Positions 42,978-52,066 of a stretch of 64,000 nt of DNA are shown piece by piece. Each line of letters opens with the position of its first letter. The stretch's first letter is position 1. Source of the stretch: a virus. The notes beneath the pieces are model-generated. The model had not been told where the DNA came from and did not search any database. It was given only the letters and a program-made list of their open reading frames with translations. Both the position numbers and the translations under genes were made by a program. The DNA is taken from positions 1-64,000 of the IMG/VR virus record IMGVR_UViG_3300022602_000075; one strand, written 5' to 3'.

Positions 42978-45137
42978 ATGTCATATACAATACTTTTAAC
43001 TAATGGTACAGTACTTACAACTATTCCAGACGGTACTATTAATACTACCAGCACATCGCTAGGATTACCCGGCAGAAACTATGCAGGGTATGGTCAGCCA
43101 ATCGACGAAAACTTTGTGTGGCTCACTGAAAACTTTGCAAACACTGCTCCACCGGCTAATCCGCTAGCGGGACAGTTATGGTATAACACTAATAATCAAA
43201 CGCTGTATGTTTGCCCTATTCAAGGAACTACTAGTGCATCAAGTTGGCTAGCACTAACATCAACTTCAAGCGGTGGCACCACAACATTTGGAAATGTAAC
43301 TGTAAACGGAAACATTCAAGCAAACAATGCAACTGTTACTAATTCTATCTCAGCAAATGCTATTACTGTAAATTTTGCTACGGTATCTTCAAATTTAGTT
43401 GCAGGTAACGCGAACATTACAACTGCTAATGTAGGTACATTATACACTAATGCAATTAGTTCAGGTTCTCAATCAACTGCAGGTACTCTGACTGGCGTTT
43501 GGACTGCTAATGGTTCAGGAACAGTTACTTATACTGGACCGCACACTGCTTCAGGTACTTCTTTATATGTCACTGGCGGAAATTTAGTAATCGATCCAGG
43601 TTCAAGCAGTGCAGGCATTAGATCAGATAATTATTACTATGCAAATGGTACTCCAATTCCAATTGGTGGCATATACGGAAATACTCAAGTAGCATCATTC
43701 TTGTCTACGGGTTTTGGTAGTAATACAATCACTACTTCGGGAACTATAACCGCAGGAACTCTCAGCGCAACAGGTACTGTTGTTGCTACAAATATTGGAA
43801 ACATTGCTGCAATAAACTTAACTGGCAGCAGTAGCAATGTGCTGTATGGTAACGGTGTCTTTGCTCCAGCGGCCGGCGGATCAACTTATGGAGACAGCAA
43901 CGTTGTTACTTTACTTGCTGCATTTGGTAGCAACACTATCGTAACTACGGGTAATATTACTGGCGGTAACTTTATAGGAAATGGTAAGGCACTTACAGGT
44001 ATTACAAGTGCAGGCACTGCCGGCGCAGTGAGCATGACTCCTCAAAGCACAGGTACTTACTATCTGCCATTTATTTCAGGTACAACATCAGGAAATTATG
44101 CACTGAACGGGAACGCTAATTTCTCGGCTAACTTAGCAAATGGATATATCACTGCTACTGGATTTGTAGGTAACGGCGCAGCACTAACTGGAGTTGCAGC
44201 CTCGTTCCCTATCACAAACGGCACTTCGAATATTGCAGCACCCGTAGTCAATGGCAACATTAATATAACGGCAGCAGGTAATACGACATTAGTAATTACG
44301 GGCACCGGGGCAAACATTTCCGGTACTTTAAATGCTACAGGCAATGCTAATGTGGGTAATATCGGCGCTGTCATAGGCGTATTCACTAATGTAAAGGGTG
44401 AAGGTGGTAATCTTAGCAACATTCAGGGTAGCAATGTCATTGGCACAGTGGCTACCGCAATTAGTGCTGGTACAGTAACTACTGCTGCTCAACCAGGCAT
44501 TACTTCAGTTGGTACACTAACTTCACTCACCGTATCGGGTGCAATAACAACAAACGGAAACGCAGTAGGTTATTTGGGTATTCCTCAATCAGGTGGAGCA
44601 GGAAAGACTACTTCATACACAACTGTATTGAGTGACTCGGGCACACAGATTTACTACACTGGCGGAAATGCAGCAACAGCGACAACTTGCTCATCCTCAT
44701 CAACTACTTTGACAGTAGGAGGAACTCCACTGACCGGAACGTTTGCTCCAGGAATGCCTATCTTAATTGCATCAGGTACTGGAACATTAGCAACGGGAAC
44801 AACTTATATTGTCAGCCAACTAAGCGGAACTACTGGTGGAGCAGGTACATACCAGTTAAGCCAAGCGCCTACTGTAGCACTAGCATCGGCAACCATCTAC
44901 GGCGGTCCAGTACTGACTATTGCTGCTAACTCTTCAGTTGCATATCCAGTTGGTACAGTACTAACATTCATCAATGATGGTTCTGTTGCTAACTTGCAAG
45001 CAGGGATAACATGTGCTGATAATCTTGTATGGCAGGCTAGTGGCGCCACCGGTACTAGATTCTTGAACCGTTATGGTATTGCTGTAGCAACTAAAGTTAC
45101 GGGAACTAGATGGTTCATTACTGGAGCATTAACTTAA
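42978..45137 (+). CDS. Tail fibre-like protein
   Basis: G.NYAGYG...ENF..L.ENFA....P..P..GQLW N-terminus, G/N/T-rich shaft, TSVGTLTSLTVSG motif, C-terminal YPVGT...WFITGAL domain. Confidence 0.8.
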   Translation: MSYTILLTNGTVLTTIPDGTINTTSTSLGLPGRNYAGYGQPIDENFVWLTENFANTAPPANPLAGQLWYNTNNQTLYVCPIQGTTSASSWLALTSTSSGGTTTFGNVTVNGNIQANNATVTNSISANAITVNFATVSSNLVAGNANITTANVGTLYTNAISSGSQSTAGTLTGVWTANGSGTVTYTGPHTASGTSLYVTGGNLVIDPGSSSAGIRSDNYYYANGTPIPIGGIYGNTQVASFLSTGFGSNTITTSGTITAGTLSATGTVVATNIGNIAAINLTGSSSNVLYGNGVFAPAAGGSTYGDSNVVTLLAAFGSNTIVTTGNITGGNFIGNGKALTGITSAGTAGAVSMTPQSTGTYYLPFISGTTSGNYALNGNANFSANLANGYITATGFVGNGAALTGVAASFPITNGTSNIAAPVVNGNINITAAGNTTLVITGTGANISGTLNATGNANVGNIGAVIGVFTNVKGEGGNLSNIQGSNVIGTVATAISAGTVTTAAQPGITSVGTLTSLTVSGAITTNGNAVGYLGIPQSGGAGKTTSYTTVLSDSGTQIYYTGGNAATATTCSSSSTTLTVGGTPLTGTFAPGMPILIASGTGTLATGTTYIVSQLSGTTGGAGTYQLSQAPTVALASATIYGGPVLTIAANSSVAYPVGTVLTFINDGSVANLQAGITCADNLVWQASGATGTRFLNRYGIAVATKVTGTRWFITGALT

Positions 45138-45601
45138 TGAGTGGAATACTTTCTGGAGAACTTGCTAGTCTTTCTTACAACCAAACATTTACTATTCAAT
45201 GTGGGTCAGGCACTAATACTGGGCCAAAAACTTTCACTTTCTCTATGTTCGGATGGTGCCCATTTACTTCAACTCCCGGACCTGGCGGAGTTGTACTACC
45301 AGACGCACCAATTGGTAAATTGTTAACTGGTAACCCCGGAACTGGTACGTCCCCTATTGCTGGAATATGGGAATCGCAAAGCGATTCCAGTTTACAAGTT
45401 GACTTGAATATAGCATTCTGGGGTGTATACACCACATCAACTATAAATACGATATCAATTAACGGCACGGTAATATCAGGATCTGGTGGAGGTTTTACAG
45501 GATTGCCTAATAATACTTTTGGTATTACCCGTTGGGTATTAACCGAGTCTACAACCGTTCATCTTAATCTAGCCGGCCCAGTGACTATCATAATAACTTA
45601 G
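45137..45601 (+). CDS. Fibre-associated / putative adhesin protein
   Basis: Coupled to the fibre gene (TAATG); Gly/Thr-rich beta composition. Confidence 0.5.
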   Translation: MSGILSGELASLSYNQTFTIQCGSGTNTGPKTFTFSMFGWCPFTSTPGPGGVVLPDAPIGKLLTGNPGTGTSPIAGIWESQSDSSLQVDLNIAFWGVYTTSTINTISINGTVISGSGGGFTGLPNNTFGITRWVLTESTTVHLNLAGPVTIIIT

Positions 45602-45602
45602 T

Positions 45603-46082
45603 ATGTCAAAATCTATTAAATGCTGGGAATATCCTGGCATATTGGTAATCAAAATCGATTCATCTCCGTGTAATCATAAATTTAATATGCGAGCTGGCGA
45701 TATAAGCTTGGGCGCATTTTATTACGGTAAAATAACTATTGTTGATGCTGCTAGACCGGATATCATAGGACACACATTTACTGATTGGTATGATTTTACA
45801 AAGCCAGAAAATCATAGATTCAATGAGTGGGGTCAATGGATGGTTTGCAGAGTAGAAGACGATGCAGGTTGGAGATGCTTTCACTCAGAGTGCGGTACTT
45901 ACAAGGGCATTGAATTGCTAGTTGTTTCTGAAGATACGATACTTACTGATAAACCTGCTGTAATACTTGATGGCAATTTTTACGATAGTAATAAAGTATA
46001 TGAAGCAATGGACTATGTTGAGCATTCTAACCAACTATCGGGTACAGGGAGGTTAGTTATTTTTCATGAACAACCTGTTTGA
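45603..46082 (+). CDS. Hypothetical protein
   Basis: 159-aa ORF tightly packed in the operon. Confidence 0.6.
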   Translation: MSKSIKCWEYPGILVIKIDSSPCNHKFNMRAGDISLGAFYYGKITIVDAARPDIIGHTFTDWYDFTKPENHRFNEWGQWMVCRVEDDAGWRCFHSECGTYKGIELLVVSEDTILTDKPAVILDGNFYDSNKVYEAMDYVEHSNQLSGTGRLVIFHEQPV

Positions 46083-46731
46083 TAAAGTATATTGTGTTAG
46101 TTTACCTGAAAGTCAAGATAGATGGAATAAGTTTATTGTAGAATATAAAAATGCCACAGGCTCAAATGATGTAACAAAAATGTGGGCTATACCTCCCGCC
46201 CCAGAAATAATCAAAGATAATGCCGACTTAGTTCTTTTTAATTATCCAGCTAGAACAATGATAGGTTGCACACTATCACATATCAAAGTGCTTTCAGATG
46301 CACTGTTTCATGGATATGAAAGCATACTTGTCTTAGAAGACGATGCTTTTTTATTGCCTGAATCTGTTGAAACAGTTGCAGCAGCACTTAAAGAGATACC
46401 AAACGATTGGGGGATTTTGTATTTAGGTGGCCACCCAACTGGGCCATTAATAAAAGTTACTGAACGCATAGCAAAACCCACGTCTCTATTTTGGAGTTCT
46501 TGGGGATACGCTATTCGTAGAGATGCTATGCACAAAGTTATTCACAAGTGTTTAGACATGATTTCACACACATCCTACGACGGTATTTTAGGTAAGCAAG
46601 CTGAAGCTATACAACGATATGTGATGTGTCCTCCAGTTTTGTCCGTACACGCTGGACATAGTACCATTACAAACAGTGAGAGCGATTTAGCAGAACTTGC
46701 TAAACCCGATTGGGTTAAGTTCTCGCCATGA
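46066..46731 (+). CDS. Glycosyltransferase family 25-like
   Basis: YCVSL...DR, GCTLSH, ILVLEDDA, W.ILYLG motifs. Confidence 0.8.
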   Translation: MNNLFDKVYCVSLPESQDRWNKFIVEYKNATGSNDVTKMWAIPPAPEIIKDNADLVLFNYPARTMIGCTLSHIKVLSDALFHGYESILVLEDDAFLLPESVETVAAALKEIPNDWGILYLGGHPTGPLIKVTERIAKPTSLFWSSWGYAIRRDAMHKVIHKCLDMISHTSYDGILGKQAEAIQRYVMCPPVLSVHAGHSTITNSESDLAELAKPDWVKFSP

Positions 46732-47333
46732 ATATTGTAGTATGCTCAGATGGTAGATGCGGTAGTCTGTGGTTAACGTTTGCAATCGCACATAAATTAA
46801 AACGTTCTTTTGGATGGCTGGATGAAGGACTGTGCGAGAATACAGTTCACATGACTCATGTTTTTGAACTTATTGAAAGTTTTGATGGTTTGGTAATACA
46901 CTCTACTAGAAGAAATGCTCTAGATCATTTTATCGCTACAGTTTTTTATGATCGGGTAATGTGCAAAGATGAAGAATGGGTAAACTTTTCTAATTCGATA
47001 GGAATATGGAGTCATATCCATGACGATGAAAAGCGAAAGCCAATTCTAACTAAAAAATTCAAAGAAATGGTAGAACGAACTCGCATAAGAGTGTATAGAA
47101 AAGAGTTTGAAGATTTCATGCAAGCTAGAAATAAGAATAAACAATTTATAAACGCTTACGGTGGACTAAAGCATACTATTTACTATGAAGACTTGTTTGA
47201 TGGGATTACGATTCCTGAATTAAGTATAGGGACAATTAGTTTTGAGCAAAAGGGTATATTTACCAAACTGCCGTATGATAAAACAGATATAGTGACTAAC
47301 TACAAAGAGATAGAAGAATGGTTCATAAATTAA
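46728..47333 (+). CDS. Sulfotransferase-like protein (Stf0-type)
   Basis: GRCGSLWL 5'-PSB-like loop, RRN.LDHF.A, YYED motifs. Confidence 0.6.
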   Translation: MNIVVCSDGRCGSLWLTFAIAHKLKRSFGWLDEGLCENTVHMTHVFELIESFDGLVIHSTRRNALDHFIATVFYDRVMCKDEEWVNFSNSIGIWSHIHDDEKRKPILTKKFKEMVERTRIRVYRKEFEDFMQARNKNKQFINAYGGLKHTIYYEDLFDGITIPELSIGTISFEQKGIFTKLPYDKTDIVTNYKEIEEWFIN

Positions 47334-47397
47334 CATTATCCGTTTTAGTTGAACCAGACTGTAATAAATGATATAAGAGTATCTTATAAATATTGTT

Positions 47398-47556
47398 ATG
47401 AAACAGAAAAAGATACTCCGTGAAATTTACGCAGCTTGTCTTACGCATAATACCACTCGCCTTTATGAATTGCAATTAGAAGAGTTTAAAAAAATCTTCA
47501 AACGCAAACAAGAAGGCAAGTCGGTCTCCAAACCCAAGTATACAGTGGTACGATAG
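47398..47556 (+). CDS. Small basic 52-aa protein missed by the ORF track
   Basis: TAAATA-N5-ATG; MKQKKILREIYAACLTHNTTRLYELQLEEFKKIFKRKQEGKSVSKPKYTVVR. Confidence 0.6.
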   Translation: MKQKKILREIYAACLTHNTTRLYELQLEEFKKIFKRKQEGKSVSKPKYTVVR

Positions 47557-47575
47557 ATAAGTAATTTTAATGGTA

Positions 47576-48126
47576 GTAAACTCTTAAGTAAAGGCGTCTT
47601 GGACCTACCGTATAGCATAAATACTTTATGCTGCACAAACACCACATAATACCTAGACATGCAGGAGGAACAGATGATCCTTCTAATCTAGTTGAACTTA
47701 CTGTGGCAGAACATGCCGAAGCTCATAGGTTATTATTTGAACAATACGGTAGATGGCAAGATCGTGTAGCATGGTTAAGTTTATCTGGGATTATAAAAGA
47801 CGAAGAAAGAATTAACGAATTAATAAGAAGTTGGCGTGGTAGGAAACATACTGAAGAAAGTAAATCAAAAATTTCTGTCTTTCAAAAAGGAAGAAAACAT
47901 AGTGAAGAATCTAAACTAAAAATTAGCAAAAGTTTGAAAGGAAAACCATCTAAGTCTAAAGGTAAAACCAGATCAGAGGAATTTAAACAAAATGTTTCTA
48001 ATCAAAAGTTAGGAAATGATTATGGTAAATTCTTTAAAGGAAAATCGTGGCACAAAGATCCCGTTACTGGTAAAAGAGTATGGGATTAAAAACAGCGTAA
48101 ACATTTAAGTAAAGGTGTCTTGGACC
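47576..48126 (+). mobile_element. HNH cassette flanked by 30-bp imperfect direct repeats (tmRNA promoter and 5' end)
   Basis: GTAAACTCTTAAGTAAAGGCGTCTTGGACC (47576-47605) vs GTAAACATTTAAGTAAAGGTGTCTTGGACC (48097-48126), 27/30 identical. Confidence 0.7.
47628..48089 (+). CDS. HNH homing endonuclease with NUMOD3-like repeats
   Basis: HHIIPRHAGGTDDPSNLVEL...EH..AH; GRKHTEESKSKIS and GRKHSEESKLKIS repeats. Confidence 0.9.
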   Translation: MLHKHHIIPRHAGGTDDPSNLVELTVAEHAEAHRLLFEQYGRWQDRVAWLSLSGIIKDEERINELIRSWRGRKHTEESKSKISVFQKGRKHSEESKLKISKSLKGKPSKSKGKTRSEEFKQNVSNQKLGNDYGKFFKGKSWHKDPVTGKRVWD

Positions 48127-48345
48127 GGGGTTCGATTCCCCGATGCTCCACCAACTATGGGGCATATCGGTTTCGACAAGGTAAGTAATAGTCAAAATGC
48201 GCTCGACAGGCGAATGTCGTTAATATAGCAAAACATATAAATGCTAACGATAGCGTTTACGCTTTAGCGGCCTAAAAAACTTGCTAAGCCGGGGTTGGTA
48301 ACCTTGTCAAATAATAACCAGAAAAGGCTCGCAAGAGCCTTTTCT
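48112..48345 (+). ncRNA. ssrA: Circularly permuted (two-piece) tmRNA; tag (A)ANDSVYALAA
   Basis: T-arm CGGGG-TTCGATT-CCCCG and ATGCTCC-ACCA (ends 48153) precede the 5' acceptor strand GGGGCAT (48159), which pairs with it including G3.U70. GGTTTCGAC follows. Tag frame GCT AAC GAT AGC GTT TAC GCT TTA GCG GCC TAA at 48243-48275. Outer ends are estimates. Confidence 0.92.
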
Positions 48346-48348
48346 TTT
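48320..48348 (+). terminator. Intrinsic terminator after the tmRNA
   Basis: AGAAAAGGCTC-GCAA-GAGCCTTTTCT followed by TTT. Confidence 0.85.
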
Positions 48349-48360
48349 ATAAATATTGGT

Positions 48361-48801
48361 ATGATTCCCTTATATGTCTCTTACGTAGCTAAACTTCAAG
48401 GTGTGTCAGTCAACCTTAATAAAATGACGTTTGACTACGAAGTTATCAAAGACCGAATTCAAGACAACAAATTTTACTTAATGAAAGACAATCAGTATGC
48501 TAAAGAAGCTGATTTGTTGGAATACACAGTCAATATTATAGAATATATCAGAAAGTCGGTTTTGTTCAACATCATAACTTACGAAGTGCTGCGACCTAAT
48601 ACTGCACTACCGTGGTCACTAACATCTGACAAGTACAGTCATCACATTCCACTTGTGACTAACGGGGGTTGCTGGACTGTATACGAGAATAATACGTTTC
48701 ATCTGCCCGCCGACGGGACAATCTATACTGTAAACAAAGGCAAAGGACACAGCTTTATCAACGCGGGGCTAGAACCCAGAGTGCATTTGACGTTAGAATA
48801 A
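48361..48801 (+). CDS. Asp/Asn beta-hydroxylase-like (2OG-Fe(II)/cupin fold) protein, possibly degenerate
   Basis: HIPLVTN...HLPADG.IY.VN...HSFINAG..PRVHL; the first HxD motif is not evident. Start reassigned to ATG 48361 after TAAATA. Confidence 0.6.
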   Translation: MIPLYVSYVAKLQGVSVNLNKMTFDYEVIKDRIQDNKFYLMKDNQYAKEADLLEYTVNIIEYIRKSVLFNIITYEVLRPNTALPWSLTSDKYSHHIPLVTNGGCWTVYENNTFHLPADGTIYTVNKGKGHSFINAGLEPRVHLTLE

Positions 48802-48808
48802 ATAGTAG

Positions 48809-51685
48809 ATGAATCTCAAAGAACTCCATTCCTTCAAAATGTCAGATGCGGTCAAGTTTCACGACCAGCTAAATCCATCTCTTTTTCACGGGCAGCACTT
48901 AAACCCTGTAATTAGAAAAAAACTGTTAGCAATAGCAGAAGACTTTTTGAACAATTTAGGAGTCAGTCCATTTAAAGTCAAAGATGTTACCATGTCAGGG
49001 TCTAATGCTGCATATTCTTACACCCCGCATAGTGATATCGACTTGCACGTTATCGTAGACATGGATCAATTTAACAATGATGAGGTTTATCAAGAACTAT
49101 TCAATGCTAAAAAGACAGTCTATAATGATAAGCACGACATAACAATAAAAGACATTCCAGTAGAATTGTATGTTCAGCCGGCAAGTGATCCGCATGTGTC
49201 ATTGGGCGAATACAGTATAATGAATGATCACTGGATAAAATTCCCACTAAAGCGCAGGGCAAACTTTGATCAAAACAATACTAGAGCCAAGTATCAACAA
49301 CTAAAAAGTTTTTGTGAACTTGCACTAAAAGAACGAGACCTTAAAAGAGTCAGCAAGGTACTAAAAAAGATAAAGCAATATCGTAAAGCAGGTTTGGCTA
49401 ACTTTGGTGAATTCGGGCCTGAAAACTTAGCATACAAGATGGTAAAGAATCAAGGATACTTGCAAAAGTTATATGACTTGCGAGACAAGTTGCATAGTGC
49501 AAAACTAAGTTTTGAAAACATGTATCAGAATCCTGAAACTATCAAAGAAACAATAGGCCCGCATGAAAAAAAAGAATTAAAATTAATGTTACATGGGGAT
49601 AAGCCTGCTGCTATCATAGATTATACCGATTTAAATGAAAAAGTATGGCAGAACGCCATACAGAAAAATAATTGGACAGTAGAAACTATAGACATGAGCA
49701 AAATACCTCCACGAAAAGGTAGTATTTGGGCTAGCACTGCTCCAATGATTATAGTTAGTAAAGACCCTAATGTGGCTAAAAGTATAAAACGACTGATGCT
49801 TGCTACTTTAGGAAGTCCCGATGAGGCTCCGGCATCATATCATGTTCAATTAGGCAGATTGCTAGGTTACAGTGAAGCAGATATCCAACACTTTTTAAAA
49901 CACGTTGGATATAAAACTGATATTTCAGAAGAGACTGCTCCTAAAGAAAAAGTGTTCTATCATGTTACGACTACAGATAATGTTCCTCGAATAAAGAAGA
50001 AAGGTATTTTACCATTACAGCCTAGTAACTGGGTGCAAGCAGGCACAGGGGAACGTTACGGCGGTGGTGAAATATTTGCGTTTGACAATCTTCCCGACGC
50101 TCAAAGTTGGGCGGGTAAAATGGATTGGGAATTACACAAGAAACTGGGCACCGGCAAAATATCAATCGTTAAGTTCACTGATGATAACGATTGGGAAAAA
50201 GATACTGCGCCAATGGTTGCTTATAAAGGCAATGCGTTAAAGAGACATGGCAGAGTTAAGCCAGAGAATATAATAGATGCAGTACCTTTGACTTCTGATG
50301 CACTTAGAAAATTAACCTCATCTAATACTATAACAGAAGAACGAACTACCTTACAAAAAATGTACGGTAATAAGTTGCCTGAACGTGATGAAATATTTTG
50401 GAATTATGTTTCTACTAGAGATTTAAAAAAGCCATTAGTCATCAAAACTATGCCTAAGCATAAAGTAAAGATACATTTGCTTGGTCAATACCGTGTTGAA
50501 CATATTGATGATTTAGTAGACCGTTTAGACGATGAACAGATGGATACCTTTACTCACTATGTTAGTGATCCTGATTTATCAGATGAAGTAATTGTAATCG
50601 ATGATAATAAAATCATCGATGGACAACATCGTGCGCTAGCAGCCGCAGTTAGAAATGTACCTATCAAGTATGTAGACTTATCAGACCCGTTAGATGATTC
50701 ATCAGAGCCGTTAGATGAAGTTACTATAGACAATGTTAAAGGATGGGGAGCAGTACCTCATAATCAAGATGTAGACTATTTTGGGTTGCGAGTTAAAATG
50801 CGACCAAGTATATTCTTGAAATTAGCAGCACCTACCCATACTGAACCTGATGAAGAAATGACAAATCATATAAAGTCTGGTGGTGCGATTGGTGCACCTT
50901 TTCTTTATGTTCTGATGCCCGAAGACTGGGAGAAAGGTGATTATAGCATGGCGGCTAGAATTGGTGGTCATGAAGGCAGACACCGCATGAAAACTATCTT
51001 AAAGCATGAAGGTGACGATCCTGTAGAAGTTCACTTGTTCCCTATGAGCGGTTACAGAAGCAGACACTTAACTTCTGAAATTATCGATAACTGGAACAAA
51101 GGTTTGTATGCTGAAAAGAGTCGTGTAGTAGTACCTGGACCACTGTTTAGTGTGTCTGGTAATACACAGAACGTGACAGAAGCCTCGGAAGATATTCCAA
51201 AAATTGTATATCATGTAACTCCCACTAAAAATATAAAATCGATCGCCAAAGAAGGTTTAAAACCCGGCATAGGAGACAGATCAAATAAAATAATGAGAGA
51301 AAAATCTGGAATCTATGTATTTCCTAGTAGGCTGGCAGCAGAAGATGCAGTGATGAATTGGTTAGGTGATGAATTCGAAGATGAACCACTCACGATGCTA
51401 AAGATAGATACCTCTGGATTGGAAGATCACATTTCCAAAGGTGCAGGATATGAATTGATAATTGACACTATTATTGAACCTAATAGGATAAAGAAAGTCA
51501 ACATATCACTTGAAGAAGCCTCAGGCTACATTCCCAGTTATGCCCAAAGAAACGACCCCAGATACAAAACCGCCTTGACATTGGATGTCCATCCTGATAC
51601 AATGCGTAAGAATGCTAAACGATTTGGAAACAAAATCAGTAGAGCAGGAATTCCCCCAACAGCGAGACCAGACGGGAAAGTATAA
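48809..51685 (+). CDS. Multidomain (polyvalent) protein: Pol-beta-type nucleotidyltransferase, two ART/Tpt1-like and two ParB-like domains
   Basis: GSNAAYSY...SDIDLH; YHVT...GI.P and YHVTP...EGLKP...GIYVF; IIDGQHR and HEGRHR motifs. Confidence 0.65.
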   Translation: MNLKELHSFKMSDAVKFHDQLNPSLFHGQHLNPVIRKKLLAIAEDFLNNLGVSPFKVKDVTMSGSNAAYSYTPHSDIDLHVIVDMDQFNNDEVYQELFNAKKTVYNDKHDITIKDIPVELYVQPASDPHVSLGEYSIMNDHWIKFPLKRRANFDQNNTRAKYQQLKSFCELALKERDLKRVSKVLKKIKQYRKAGLANFGEFGPENLAYKMVKNQGYLQKLYDLRDKLHSAKLSFENMYQNPETIKETIGPHEKKELKLMLHGDKPAAIIDYTDLNEKVWQNAIQKNNWTVETIDMSKIPPRKGSIWASTAPMIIVSKDPNVAKSIKRLMLATLGSPDEAPASYHVQLGRLLGYSEADIQHFLKHVGYKTDISEETAPKEKVFYHVTTTDNVPRIKKKGILPLQPSNWVQAGTGERYGGGEIFAFDNLPDAQSWAGKMDWELHKKLGTGKISIVKFTDDNDWEKDTAPMVAYKGNALKRHGRVKPENIIDAVPLTSDALRKLTSSNTITEERTTLQKMYGNKLPERDEIFWNYVSTRDLKKPLVIKTMPKHKVKIHLLGQYRVEHIDDLVDRLDDEQMDTFTHYVSDPDLSDEVIVIDDNKIIDGQHRALAAAVRNVPIKYVDLSDPLDDSSEPLDEVTIDNVKGWGAVPHNQDVDYFGLRVKMRPSIFLKLAAPTHTEPDEEMTNHIKSGGAIGAPFLYVLMPEDWEKGDYSMAARIGGHEGRHRMKTILKHEGDDPVEVHLFPMSGYRSRHLTSEIIDNWNKGLYAEKSRVVVPGPLFSVSGNTQNVTEASEDIPKIVYHVTPTKNIKSIAKEGLKPGIGDRSNKIMREKSGIYVFPSRLAAEDAVMNWLGDEFEDEPLTMLKIDTSGLEDHISKGAGYELIIDTIIEPNRIKKVNISLEEASGYIPSYAQRNDPRYKTALTLDVHPDTMRKNAKRFGNKISRAGIPPTARPDGKV

Positions 51686-51957
51686 TGGACGAGTTTGAGT
51701 TTGAGACTGCGATAGAAGCCCGAAAAGTTTTGGGCGCAATGGGCGACCGAATGTACAAATCTGAATGTACCCGTTTCAAACGGGATCTTTGGACGCTGTA
51801 TGAAAACATTTCCGGTATGATCAGTGAATTGGCTAGCCTCGAAGTCAAGGCCCGACAGACCAAAAATCCCCGAAAAATCCCAGACCAGCGCAAGAAAATC
51901 CAGGATGCGATGGTATATTTGGACAAACTTATTTTGATCCAAATTTTAATGCAATAG
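51685..51957 (+). CDS. Hypothetical helical protein
   Basis: 90-aa ORF coupled to the upstream stop (TAATG). Confidence 0.6.
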   Translation: MDEFEFETAIEARKVLGAMGDRMYKSECTRFKRDLWTLYENISGMISELASLEVKARQTKNPRKIPDQRKKIQDAMVYLDKLILIQILMQ

Positions 51958-52014
51958 AATCAATGACTTACAGAGCCAAAAAGTTCTTGCATTTCCCTGC
52001 GACTTCTGTATAAT
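51958..52014 (+). promoter_or_regulatory. Sigma70-type promoter with upstream IHF-like box
   Basis: AATCAATGACTTA (51958-51970), then TTGCAT-N16-TATAAT (51987-52014). Confidence 0.6.
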
Positions 52015-52066
52015 AGATTCATAAGTTGATGTTGTTGATTCACTCTTACTAAAGGTACATACTTAT

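Noticed and set aside
42978-45601. Diversity-generating retroelement acting on the fibre genes
   Set aside because: No reverse transcriptase and no template/variable repeat pair was noticed in this window.
48295-48360. N-terminal extension of ORF 48295-48801
   Set aside because: Overlaps the tmRNA 3' region and terminator; ATG 48361 after TAAATA is the better start.
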